54,484 nt of DNA from Hydrurus foetidus (GCA_900617105.1 UYFQ01000172.1:1-54484); one strand, 5' to 3'. Numbered from the stretch's first letter, positions 1 through 12,800 are shown. Numbers and translations: made by a program. Notes: generated by a model from the letters alone, not told the origin.

Positions 1-1
1 C

Positions 2-3000
2 GACCTAATCTTAGGATTAGAAACAATAAAAAAACTAAATTTGGTTAAAATCATTCCGGAATTCTTCCAATCTCCGGAAAATATCCAAAATGAAAAAACA
101 CGATCATTCGACAAACTGAATCAATCCACAAACATGGTATTACACCACGTGGACGTTCCACTCATGCTAGAAGCAGAGTCGGACACAGTTACGAGTATCA
201 CAATTCCAACCTTACCTCCGGTTATAACTAGCCGAGAGGGGATAAAACCCTCAGACACAAACAGTCGATGGCAAGACGACCTGGTGGCTCGAGGTGCTTG
301 TACAAGCAAGACATGCACTACTTCATGTGGGTGTCCCACTAGCTTAGCTGCGGCAGCGGCTAGGCTAGTTCCTGATGAGTTCATTTTGCACTCTACGGTC
401 GAGGCAGCAGTTTTGTTGTCACCTCCCCGACAAAATGATTTAGGTGTAACAACCGACAGGAGTCCGGAATTAGCTACTCCTACTCCCTCATCCAAGGCAC
501 CAGCCCAAACACGTGGTTTAGTTGCTGCTCTACTCCGGGAGCGTGAAGAACTCCCAGAGGTTCAACCCTTCGGACCCGAAGAGATTGACTACAAGTCGAA
601 GGATACCTTCGCTCCTTTCCAAGACAATCCAACAGAGGACAAAATGTACCTCATCGATCTCATACAAATCGATGGTACCCCTGAACAACAAGCAAAAATT
701 AAAGCAATTTGTGTCAAACACATAAAGCTATTCAACAACAAACTCGGACCAGAGCCCGCGCGAATTCCCCCTTTGGACTACCCGTACGGGATCCAGAGTG
801 GAAAGTTTTCAAAAACCGCGTAGCACCACGACCAACGTCTACACGAAAACAAGTCGAAATCCGAAAACAAGTTGAAACTATGCTTGAACAGGGTATAATA
901 GTCAAATCAGAGGCATCATACTATTCGCAAGTAACACTCGCGGCAAAGCCAGACGGTTCATACCGATTCTGTATAGACTATCGTCACCTCAACGACGCAA
1001 CGGAATCAGCAAGCTGGCCAATCCCTAATATTAAACAAATGTTAGCAAGATTAGGTTCACAAAAAGCAGACACATTCGGTGTAATAGACCTCACAGCAGG
1101 ATATCACCAAGCACCGTTAACTCTAAGTACACGTGTGTATACAGCTTTCATAACATTTATGGGCATCTACCACTTTACCCGACTACCTTTCGGACCCAAA
1201 AGAGCCCCCTCATATTTCCAAGAAATGATGGCCTCAATAGTTCTTTTAGGACTAATATACCAAATCTGTGAAGTATACCTCGACGACATCATCGTTTATG
1301 GTAATGGATTTGATCAATTCTGCGAGCGATTAGAAATACTTTTTCAACGCCTAGAAAACAAAAACATTTCACTAAAAGCCGCAAAGCTCAAGCTAAATGT
1401 GCGAATCGTTGAATATGTCGGTAGACAAATATCTAAAGAAGGTATAACTATGAGTTCCAAAAAAATAAGAGGTGTGACCGACTTTCCTATGCCACGAAAG
1501 ACGACTGAACTTAGATCGTTCCTCGGACTCACCAATTATTTTCGGGATCATGTACCAAATCACTCCAACGTGGTCGCACCACTGCATAAAATCATAGATC
1601 ATGCCGCGAAAAAGCAAACAATGCTAATCTGGACAGATGACGCCGCAAATTCTTTTCAAAAGATAAAAGATCTAATTGCAAAGAGTCCTTTATTATATTT
1701 CATACATGATACAGCACCGATTACCCTCATGACCGATGCGTCAGATTACGGGATCGGCGGCTATTTGTATCAAGAAGTCGACGGAGAAAAACAACTCGTC
1801 GCTCTCGTAAGCAAGTCTCTTACCAAGACTCAACTGAAATGGTCAGTAATACAAAAAGAAGCCTTCGCGCTATATTATTGCTGCACTTATCTCGACGCAC
1901 TGCTACGAGACCGTAAATTCACAATCCTAACAGACCACAAAAATCTTACGTTCCTAGAAAAGGATAAAACGAGATGGTCGGCAGATGGCGAATGGCCCTG
2001 CAGGAACTAGAATATACGATAGGGTACATCCCGGGAAAACAAAATGAAATTGCTGACGCAATGTCTCGCCTATGTTTAAACAGAATGCCTCCTAAAACAG
2101 GAATAATAGCAGCAATTCTGACACACAAACCAATAACGACAGAGCAATATAACCTAATTGCAACGTGCCACAACACGATAGTCGGACATGGTGGTGTACA
2201 ACGCACACTGCGTAATTTAAAGAAAACAAATAACATATGGCTGGGAATGCGTGACGCAGTAAAAACATTCATTAAAAATTGTCCGTGTTGCCAAAAGATG
2301 TCGGCAATGAAATATCCCATCAACGCATACCGGTACACAACCTCAACCTACAAACCAATGGAATGCCTTAACATAGACTTCATTGGTCCATTTCCCGATA
2401 AAGGATATATCCTTGTTATGATCGACACCTTCTCAAGGTTTGTCGAACTCTACGCAACACCTGATGCAACAGCCAAATCGGCGTGCACAGCACTTGTAGA
2501 ACACGTGGGACGCTACGGCTCACCATGTATACTTCGATCAGATAATGGACCCCACTTCGCAAGCCACATCATAGATGAGTTTGTGAAAATAGTTGGAACA
2601 ACACACAACAAAATATTACCATACTGTTCAGAAGAAAACGCTATCGTCGAGCGAATCAACAAAGAAATCAATCGCCATATAACCGCGTACGCATACGAAC
2701 GCGCAACTACGGAAAACTACGCGGAAATATTACCGTTTGTACAAAGAATACTAAATTCAACCGTAAATGACCGGATGAAAGTGTCTCCAGCACAACTCAT
2801 CTATGGCAACGCGATCGACCTCGACGCAAACATCCTCCTTCCGAGAGATGAAATTGATTTAGATTTCGACTCACTCACAAGGTCAACTGATAAAATGTTA
2901 ACGTTGCAAGATGAACTCATCGAAATCACCGCACGTCTACTCAAAGAATCCGACGACTTGCACAATGCACAACAACTTCCAACGTCACACAGTTCGGAGT

Positions 3001-3431
3001 CGACACATTTGTACTTGTCCAACAAAGAACATCACCAGAAACGCGCATGCACACACTGTGGCGCGGCCCAATGCGAGTTGTCAGCCACAACTTCGCAGAG
3101 TATACATTACTCGATCTGGTAACACACAAAGAAAAGTTGTACCACATGACCCAACTAAAACCGTTTCACTTTGATCCTACGCATGTCGATCCAACTGACA
3201 TCGCTCGTAGAGATTATCTAGAATTCTTCATAGAGGAAATCCTAGAAATGAAAGGAAACATAAGAGCATACAAATCACTCACATTTCATGTGAAATGGCT
3301 CAACTACACCCATGAACACAACACATGGGAACCGTGGACACACATGCGTAAAGCGCAAAAGTACATGAGTTCTTAATCAAAAGAACCTCAAACACTTAAT
3401 ACCACGCGAATTCATCGCAAACTACCGTTAA
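2..3431 (+). CDS. pol: Gypsy Pol polyprotein, broken in this assembly by five -1 frameshifts
   Basis: Protease end DLILG (from base 2). RT motifs YRFCIDYRHLN, IDLTAGYHQ, LPFG, YLDD and RNase H motifs TDASDYGIGG, EAFAL, TDHKNL (ORF 709-2010). Integrase CHNTIVGH...CPCC, IDF, SDNG, VERINK (ORF 1974-3122). Chromodomain IEEIL...FHVKWLNYTHEHNTWEP (ORF 3047-3376). Reconstructed C-terminus ...HLIPREFIANYR* with TAA at 3429-3431. Confidence 0.93.
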
Positions 3432-3625
3432 CCGGTAAAATAAAAAATAAAAATTGATTAACTAAATCATAAAGATTCCTCCTAAATTGGATCCTCAGGG
3501 ATTTTAAGGAGGTTTATTCAGTAAGGAACTCTCAGTTCTTAGTCTGAAATAGTTATTCAATAAGTTAGTTACTTACTCATAGTTAGTATTTTGATGATGA
3601 ATTTTGTCATTTAGTACACCCCTTT

Positions 3626-3638
3626 AGAGAGAGAGGGG
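3626..3638 (+). other. Polypurine tract of the Gypsy element
   Basis: AGAGAGAGAGGGG lies 3 nt upstream of TGTGAC, the candidate LTR start. Confidence 0.85.
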
Positions 3639-3641
3639 CAC

Positions 3642-4395
3642 TGTGACCCGCACACCCGTACGGGCTGTACGGGTACAGGCGTACGTTCGGACCGGATCGA
3701 GGACGACCGATCCATCCGATTCATTGCCATGATACCTGCTGTGTTTACCTGTAAGCTAACCACATTGTTGTCCATGGCGGCTATCTCGTGGAGCTTCTTT
3801 TGATTGTGCTGGTGGCGAAGGCGCCGGCTCCAAAATACTCCATCCACTCGCTGGGGAAGTTGTTGATGTTCAACAGAGACTTCCCCCGCTTGGGATATCG
3901 CTAGATCCGCTGTAAAAGCTCCAATGGGGCGGAAGATGGCTGCAAAAAATTTTGCAAGGGGTTTCCCCCTCCACGCCGGGGGCCAAATTCGAGAAGGGGT
4001 TAGAGGCGATAGATTTGCTGCGACATCAGTCGCAGCAACAGATGGATCTGGAAGCGAGGGAGGATTCGCCGAGTCGGAATCTCCCGTTGTGCTAGCGTCC
4101 TGGCTGTTGGCGACGATTTCGTCGACAGCGTCAGTTGATGGCGCTTCCTGTGAAATCGACAGGGGAGCCGTCGAAACGGCCGATACCCTGGAAAGTCTTC
4201 GTCGGTTGCTGGAAACCATACTGGTGATCAGTGCCAGATGGTCGTCGGATGTCGGCGTTGAAAATCTATCTAGCTCTCCAGTAACGAGAGTTCGTCTAAC
4301 AACTCTCAATATTAATATTGTAGTCGCGGCCGGATTCGAGTACGAAGAATCCGGGTAAAGACGGTATGCTGGAGTAAACTGTTAGGTTAGTTACA
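3642..4395 (+). repeat. 3' LTR of the Gypsy element (about 754 bp)
   Basis: Starts TGTGAC just after the PPT and ends GTTACA (imperfect inverted terminus). The 5' LTR is outside the window, so the right end is inferred. Predicted TSD is GTTTG (4396-4400). Confidence 0.7.
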
Positions 4396-4931
4396 GTTTG
4401 TGAAAGAAGCGAGCAAGCAGCTAACAACAGACACAAACGATAGGCTACAAGGGTGCTGATGCTGATGAGCGTCCGTTACCGGTGGACAGTTGATGTGGAT
4501 GAAAATAGACTATGGGTGCGTGAATTATATACATACGTGAATATATACAAACGTATATAAAGTGTACGGTGAACGTACGTGCTAGGCTACACAGCTATCA
4601 TTCCGAGATATCAATATAAATGAGTTGACAACCATGTTGCAAGGTGGCCAGAGTTTCTAACATGTGCATAAGGGTTCTCTTCAGTCCTGAAGTATCAAAT
4701 TGGAAAGGTGAAAATCGATTGAGAAATCTCTGAACACGTGATACCCATCAATATTTGTCATGACGATGTTTAGGACTATATAATGAGATATCTTACTGCT
4801 GTAGTCAACTTCTAAGATGACAGAAGGTTTCGTTAGTATATCTACTCTGACATTCGCGAATGTGCCGCAGGTCAGCATGCTCGCATCAATTAAAAATATA
4901 TCTTTCTAACTATTATATCCAATTGATGCAG

Positions 4932-7571
4932 ATGACATCTCTTGCGGTCGAGTTGTGCGCATGTTCGGTCGCCATTGCGCGAATTTGTCGTCCTAGTCTG
5001 CCCTTGAACTACCAGTGGTCGATTGATGCTCTGACAGCACAGCTGCGGACCAACGATTTTGATGGAGATCATAATTTTCGATTCGATGCATTGGCTTTGC
5101 ATCAAGGCTTGTTCATGTTCAGGAAAACAGTCGAGCAACTAGGTTGCACCATTGTCAGTATGAACGTTAAAGGAGTAATGAGAATGGAAGCTTTCATGGA
5201 CTTGGCAGCAAGGAGCAGGGGAGCAGACATTATTTTCTTGACAGAAAACTCGAATGCACTAAAATCACGTGACTTTTTAGTTACAGAGGTCAGCAAGTTA
5301 GCTAATAGACTTCTCAGTAAAACTATCAAATTTTCAACAAAATACACATCAATAAGCGAGATTTATGGTGTGTTGTGGCTAAATCAGCTCCGCGACAGTG
5401 AAAAAGTAAATGTATCACTGAAGCGTAGAAAAAAAGGTGAAGAGATAGGTGATAGGCAGATGGGAAGATATGGAAAGGAAGTATATGTGTCAACAAAAAT
5501 CTGTGCAGCAGATGAATCACCGACAATTTACATCAATGCAGCAGCTAAAGAATCTGCATTTAGAAGTACTGGTGCTTTAGAGGACGTGCGTTGCAACATC
5601 TTCAATGAGGATGACAACGACGGATCTGTGACTGAGACACAGATTTTCAGTCATCCTGCAGTGCGAGAAGTTTTGCGAAAGTTCCCTAACAAGAATGTAA
5701 CATTTAAATTGCATGAGGTACAATTGGTTATAGCGCTATTTGATGCAGTTGGTACAGCTCGTAATGACTTAGAGGGTGAGAAATACCATGCTAACAATGT
5801 TGTGACTGGCACACACACGAAGGAAATTCTCGTAAAGTATGCAAGATACTCTGAGCTAGTCGTAGAATCAATTATAAGATGGGTATTGAAAAGGGATGTT
5901 GTGAGAAAAATATCGGGCAGAAAGATTTCTGTAGAGTTCGAGGCCGATGTCTAAGGTAATTTGATGATATGTGAATTTGAGAAAACAAATGTGAGTTGCA
6001 TCAAATTTCATTTACATGCAGTGCACCATCAAAAGCCCTTGTAGGCAATGTATTCTTTTCTGTGAGAGTGTCGTGAATTAAGGCGTGGTATGCATATATC
6101 TATCATAACATAAACCTAAGACGTACTCACGTCACGTAACGTACATGAGTACATCTCGGCAGGTCGGAGGCACTACAACAGACGTCCCGCGCATTCTTGT
6201 GAGCGTCGCGTACACATATGCGATAATTGAACATGCTGCTATTAAGGTTCAAGCAAGTGACAGATGGATTAATGACGAAAAAATAAAACCCCTTCAGTTC
6301 AGTTCAGTTCACATTGGGTAAGAAAGTTCCTGACAAGAGCTAACATGAGAAGACGCAAAAAAACTACTGATGACAAAAATGTGCCATCAGATGAAGTAAT
6401 AAGAAGAACAATGGAAATCAGTAAAAAAATGTACAAAGACTTTGGACACAATAAAGATACAACAATAAATATGGACGAGACGGCTTTTACTTACGCGATA
6501 GGCCCGGAATACATGTACTGTCCACCAGACCAACAATGCGCCCAAAACATTGGTATCCCAAATACATTCCTACGGATAACAGCAGTTGTTGCGGTAAGTG
6601 GTAATGGTCAGTTTTTGCCTCTATTTGTCATAATTAAGCACTCAGTAAGCTCAGAAGAGAGGCCAGATCAGTCAGGAATGAGAGTCATTAGAGATTTTTA
6701 TTGTAAGAACAAGGGATTTGGTGTTGACGATGGTTGGGATCTCATTAAATGGACAAAAGATTTGACAATAAAAGGTGTTACAAATACTCATGCGTGTTAC
6801 TATATCATTAACAATGTTACAGGCAATGTCATAACTAGTCAGTACAAAGCATGGAATGACTCAATTAGAATGATAATGTGGTTAGAAACAATAGTTAAGC
6901 CATTAAAAGAGAAGTTAGGAAAGCTGATGATATGGTTTGATAATTGTGGGTGCCATAAGACAGCAATAGTAGATGAGGCAATTATAGAGTTAGGTGTACA
7001 GATAGCATGTTTACCCCCCAATATGACGGGCATTTTTCAAGTGTTAGATTTGGTTGTTAATGGACCACTAAAAGCACACACAAGAAATCTCAGAGGAGCT
7101 AGGATAGTGGAAAGTTTTCAAGAATTCGTAAAGGAATACAAAGAGGAGTCAGCAAAAGATGTACTTGAACGTACGTTGCCTGTTTTCCAACCTCCTAAAC
7201 CCGAAATGCTCCAAGGTATTCAGGATCTGTTTGATCTAATAGCTGGTGGATTCATAGAACAAAAATTTGTTGATGGGGTTAAAAGGTCATTTGTCAGTAC
7301 GGGATGCGTTCCAATTGATGAATCAGATGTGTCGGAACCAATATTTAAACAGTACTCAAAACACAATGTATGTGGCACAATGAAAATCATACCCTCTGGA
7401 ACTTCTGAATCTTGCAGTAGCATTGACAGTAGCATTGATCCTGCTGATATTGCATTAAACGAATTAAGAGGAGAAATACCAGGGCTCAATGTTATGTTAG
7501 AGAATGACAGTGCCATGTTAGCATATGATCATGAGATTACAGAGGCAATGAACTTTATCGCTAATTTGTGA
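4932..7571 (+). pseudogene. pogo/Tc5-type DDE_1 transposase (DD35D) with long N-terminal extension, intron-containing, disrupted
   Basis: ORF 6345-7571 has NMDET...WFDNC-(35 aa)-QVLDLVVN. ORF 4860-5954 ends in HTH-like SIIRW...SGRKISVEFEADV, then TAA at 5952 and GNLMICEFEKTN. Intron 5991(GTGAGT)-6162(CAG). The next exon reads ...IKPLQFSSHWVRKFLTRANMRRRK (CENP-B-type HTH) once one CAGTT unit at 6295-6309 is removed. Confidence 0.85.
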
Positions 7572-7711
7572 TTCCGTTTTGATTCGGAAATAAATAATGT
7601 GTCTTAAGAATAATAATTAGTTACATGTGATGAAGCATTCAAATTTTATTGAGAGATTTTTCTTCCGACACATATCTGTAAATGCACACTTCTGCAGATT
7701 ACGAGATTGAA

Positions 7712-8016
7712 TTAGCAACTTAGATGACTATCCTGAAAGAGGGATATCAGGTTGTGGTTGAATTCTGCATCATTATTACTCAATATGACAACATTCAGTG
7801 CATAACCATTTGGGGCGTGTGAAGTGTCACCGTCACACAAACAGCAGTCAAAGGTTACAGTGTGCAGCATATTTGATGCAGTAAGAAAATCTATCATGGG
7901 AGCTAGCTTAGCTGCCCACTCCCTCCGTAGATGTCCTATGTGCTCTCCAGGCTCATAATCTCCTTTGTTGCTGCCCTTCTTGTTGTCAGGTGCTACCACT
8001 TGAATACAGTTTGGAT
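7712..8016 (-). pseudogene. Probable terminal exon of an unknown minus-strand gene convergent on the transposase
   Basis: Minus-strand acceptor TTTTATCAG precedes an open frame PNCIQVVAPDNKKG...DSHLSC*. Further donor/acceptor-like sites occur at 8400-8830, but those frames contain stops. Confidence 0.35.
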
Positions 8017-9828
8017 CTGATAAAATAGCATGTTAAGTCACAGGATGAGTTCACAACTTATACGTCGACTGATCTACGATGACATTAATAGCAAGAAAAA
8101 TGATGAAAAGCATTCTATTGAAGGATAAACACTTCAAAATGCGCAGGTGTTCAGTCGAGAGGCAGGGAGGAATAGAAATGCTCTATCATATTGAGGTATA
8201 GACAGGGGAGAATACTACTGCACATTACAGCGATGTTTTCAAATTCTACGAGTAAGAAATATACAGAAAATTTGAGCGGCAATTCGCCTCGTTCACAATC
8301 AGTGTTGAAATGTCAGATTCAACCAGCGATGAAAAGTTATAGCACTATCATATGAAAAATTTCCCCCGCCAAAAAAATCTCCGCAGTGAGATTCACTACT
8401 GCTAACCATGCGGATTGTGCATGTTCCGCTTCAGCCGGCAAATTGAGCCTCTCCTCACTTTGATTCCGTCGTCCAGAGCAAAGAGTCCACTGGCTCGGCA
8501 GTTGAAGTCGAGTATTCGCAGCATGGCTGTAATGTGAGATAATAGGTCAGAAGTCATCTCTAAAATCAACTAGACCTCGTGGCCTGCGGCACATTTCAAA
8601 TTTCGCTTCCATGTACAAATCATGAGATCAATCCGTCTCAAAAATGACGTTATCATCATCTACTGAGAAATTGCTGAGCTCAAAACGTACCGTGTCGAAA
8701 ACGATGACGACTTCTTTCGAAACTTCCAGCGATGCAGTCAGGTCTCGGACGGATGAAACCTTCGGCGGAATTGAAGCAGATATCAACAGCGACAAAACTC
8801 TCTACTCAGAATTGCAGACTGAGCTTTTTTGATAATGTTGTGGTACTGTGACTGCAAAAGCCTCATAATGGAGAATATACTTATCTTCGGACAAAAAGGA
8901 GTCCTATGTCACGGGTATACACTCAACCCCTCCGCAAACAAAGGGACGGCGACGGTACTGCAGTCCGGTATACGGTATACGGTATATTATCCAGGACGGT
9001 AACCATGTCTAACAGGAGTAGACGAGGATTTTAAATGTCAATCCTTTGCATACAAGCAGAGGACAATACTTTAAAACTTGTTAAAATTCTAGACATGCTG
9101 CGTAGTCAGTGGTCTCCCGATATTTCCATGATGGGGTAATCCATGAAAAATATCGATATCGTGTGCACACTATTCCTTGCCCAATATTCATAGTGCGGCT
9201 ACAAATCGATTGAGTGAAACAAATCAGAAGACTCTGCAATTATGAAGTCTCAAAATGCTGATACTTCTAAGTGAACACTTTTAGCGTATCATTTTGACTG
9301 GCATTGTATCTGAAAGTTTTTAGGTGAGCTTTTGAAATGCATTTCTTCAACAATTCCAGATTTTCTTTCATACACTCTTCATCTTATGCAAATTCGGAGG
9401 AATAGCAGAAATTTATCTGCAACATCCATGTTTTCTTCGAGTCCCATCACTCCGTCAGAAGTGGCCATGCATGACCCTTTGGGGAGACATTTCAAAAATT
9501 CAAACTTTTGGACTCGATCAGATCGAGATGCTCACCCCCTCGGCTCACGGTATCTCTCTCTCGAAGTTCTTCAGAGAGCGGTTGCGCAAATTACTATTGC
9601 AGCGGCAGAATAATCAACGCGGATGTCTCACTGGTCGCAGGCAGTGTCCGTAAAATCCCTGTAGCGAGAGGGACCTCAGAGGGATATTTTGATTACATTG
9701 CTGTACAGTCAAAATTTTCTGGATGAGGCTTACCTAAACTAATTGCGGAGACAGGATCGATAAGTGCTCTGTGCAGAGTAGCGCTCGATTGCTATCAACA
9801 GTGACCGTCTTCATCCTTTCAGTGCAAT

Positions 9829-12800
9829 ATGTCCACGAGCAGAAGTCCATCGGCTGTCAGAGCTGGCAGTGAAGTGGTAATATATTCTACTTGACTGAGA
9901 TTTCATCGTTTGAGCTGAGTGATTTTGGCTGCAGATTGCTGCTTTTACTTGATGTGAGTGTTAAGTGTATGATCTCAATTTATGATACCTTCAGCTCCGC
10001 CGCTACCGAGATGAGAGAGGACGGGGTGACGCAAGGGAAGGAGGAGAATTGCATGATATTCTTTTTGGTGACACATCACAAGAAGAAGGAGCTGGACCAT
10101 CTAGTCCTTACTATGATGGCTCAACTGAGTTCTCTACAGAGGTGAAAAATTCGTGTATCACTGATGATGATGCATAGCACTAACACAGTGAAGTAATTCA
10201 ATCGCCATCAACTGCGCCATATCTCACCCACTATCCACTTCTGTACTGCCTATGTCATGCGCAGAACATGTCCACTCCTGGAGGGAGAAATGTTCCTAAG
10301 GCGAATAATGACATGAAAACTCCAGCTACCTCTCAGCCCTCCGAGACAAGTAATCGCACACTGTTGAAGGTGTACATGGCTAATCAGCTGGAACTCAATG
10401 AAGCCGACATGGAATCCTACGAAGCAGTAGTGAATGAGTTAGCAGAACAGCTGACAGAAGTGACCAGAATTAAGAACGAGCTCACTATGAATATCATCCA
10501 GCTGCATAATGAGAAGGACGAAATGATCAGGGAGAAAACTGAGGAGTGGTCAGAGCAGAAATCAGAATTAGTCATGCAGATAAATGAACTCCAAGGAAGC
10601 ATCGATGAAATCAACATGGTACGATTGAAACACAATCATTTTATCGCCACATTCCGTGGTTTCTTATTTTTTAATTTTCCATCTTCGTAGGGCGCTGTGT
10701 TTTGTGTTGTCAACAAATTGTAGAGCAATGCTGTGCATTTTTTTATTTTCATGAATCGTTTATAGTTTGGGACACAACAACACATGACATATATCTCGAT
10801 TCTTTTTCGATCCGTGTCATACGCTGCACTGTGTGTTGTCAAACAGCACGTTGATTAGCGTCCAGTTTGATAAGTTGCGTTGTATGTTGAGTGTGATTGG
10901 TGCAGCTGCCACAATGTAACTACTTGAATGTACGTACGACCGTATGTGACCACTTCTCATCGTTATTGTGTGCTGTATAAAGCAATATCACGTCACAAAA
11001 AGTTGTATTATGACATTTGATCATACGGCACTGCTTTATATGAGGCATGCTATTATAACACATGTCGAGTCACGATATGATATCACAGAACATGATGTAG
11101 TATGACATAGTATACATCTCATGACGCATCATATCAAATCATTCGAACCCATCCTTGACTGATACACTAATATATCATGTACCACATCATACGCCGTCAT
11201 ATTGCACAACAGCACAACAGACCATAAGTCCATCATCTATGATCTTAAATAATAATACAACTGACCACATATATTACTCTCACAATTTTACACACCACAA
11301 CATAATATGACACGAGATGAAGATAGCATATCATTTGATTAACATAACGTAAATGATTATAACGTAGCATAACATAACATAACATAACTCAAGAATATCA
11401 TAAAAATCTACACTAGCTTTTCTCCGATGGAAACCTTTCAGCGGTTAGCGGTTTTCAGGACAAAAAAGAGTTCATCGATCATTTGAAAGCAAGAGCGATG
11501 AAGGGAGATTCTAGGATCGGAGAAATCAAGGAATTAGAAGAGGTATACTGGTGTTTCACAAGATGCATGAAGTGTTGTATTTTACTCCTTCATTTCACGT
11601 ATTTTATGAATTCATTTTCTTTCTTGGCTGCATGTACTGTGACAATTTTTGATGTTGTGTAAAGCTGACATTTTCCTATACTAATCTTTATATTCATCCC
11701 TCTACATTCTCTTCACTTTCTCTCCTCACCCACCACCCCTTCCTGCTCCTTTCATCCCCTCTACTCCCACCCCTCACACTCCTTACCCTCTCTCCTCACC
11801 CTTCTTCCTCCCCACCCTACACTCCATCACCATCACCCCACACTAGATCTGTCACAACCTTCGTGCGGAGTGTCACGCTGCTCAGCTCTCCCGCGACCAA
11901 CTCTTGATCCAACTGAGCGACTTCAAAGACCAACTGGAATACAAGAATCTAGCCAACCAAGCAGCCGATGCTCTCAGAGGTATTATTAGACGAGGCATAT
12001 TAAGTGTGTCAGTCTGCGCACTTCTGAACATTAAATCAGCATTTAGCAGACAGCACTTAGCAGTCTTTGGAGGGTCTTGTTTTCCTGGCATCTAATAGAG
12101 TGTTACAACGGATCCAGACCACCACACAGAAACAACATAAGCGCATACACAATTCAATAGGAAACTCTTCTTAATTGAGAATCAAATCTTTTTGATCTTT
12201 TTATTCTCCAATTTTAATACTTCTTTATCTCACCTTATCCATCCCACTTCCTTCTTCCTTTTTCCTCCTTCTTCCTTTCCTATCTTTTCTTCTTTCTTTC
12301 TTTCTTTACCTCATCAAATACTCAGAGGAGCAACAACAGAAAGTTCTGGAGTTAGAGTCCAAGGTCCTTCTCATGGCCAAGGAGTTGCTTCTTTTTCAGT
12401 CATCCGCAGAGAACGTACAATCGGTACGTACGCGATGATTTTCGTGTGATACCGTTACATTGGTTTTGACATCAATGAATTCAATAGAGGCTTTCGACGG
12501 TCAAAACAATTTATGACGCTATGCGTGCACAGTGCACACGAAATGCAAAATAGAGAGAAAGCGTGGTTGATGTATTACGGGAGCAGAGTTTAATGGATCT
12601 CGTTTACCCCATACTAAAAAGGAACCATTTTATTCTGCTCCCATAATGCAGTGTTTCATGTTTCATTTGATTGACTCCGATAGACATCACGTACTACCCT
12701 ATAAGCAAACAACTGCCTCCCCCTCCCCTCCATCCCCCTTTACACACACATACACATACACTCACCTCTTACCCCTCACTTTTAATCCTTCATTTCTTCC

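Larger units (their letters stand above)
1..4395 (+). mobile_element. Ty3/Gypsy LTR retrotransposon with chromodomain (chromovirus-like), 5' part outside window
   Basis: Domain order PR-RT-RNaseH-INT-chromodomain, then a polypurine tract and a TG...CA-bounded LTR candidate. Confidence 0.95.

Noticed and set aside
770..3390. Programmed ribosomal frameshifting within pol
   Set aside because: Five shifts inside pol domains are not a known strategy; single-base deletions explain them
5952..5954. Stop-codon reassignment (in-frame TAA/TAG in transposase and Copia gag)
   Set aside because: In-frame stops occur only in decayed elements; the host exons I traced need no readthrough and host genes end in TAA/TAG
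8356..8378. E2F-like site TTTCCCCCGCCAAAA
   Set aside because: Single imperfect short motif with no supporting gene start
9332..9726. Short overlapping ORFs upstream of the giant gene
   Set aside because: No motifs, several stops and no consistent splice path; probably promoter or 5' UTR
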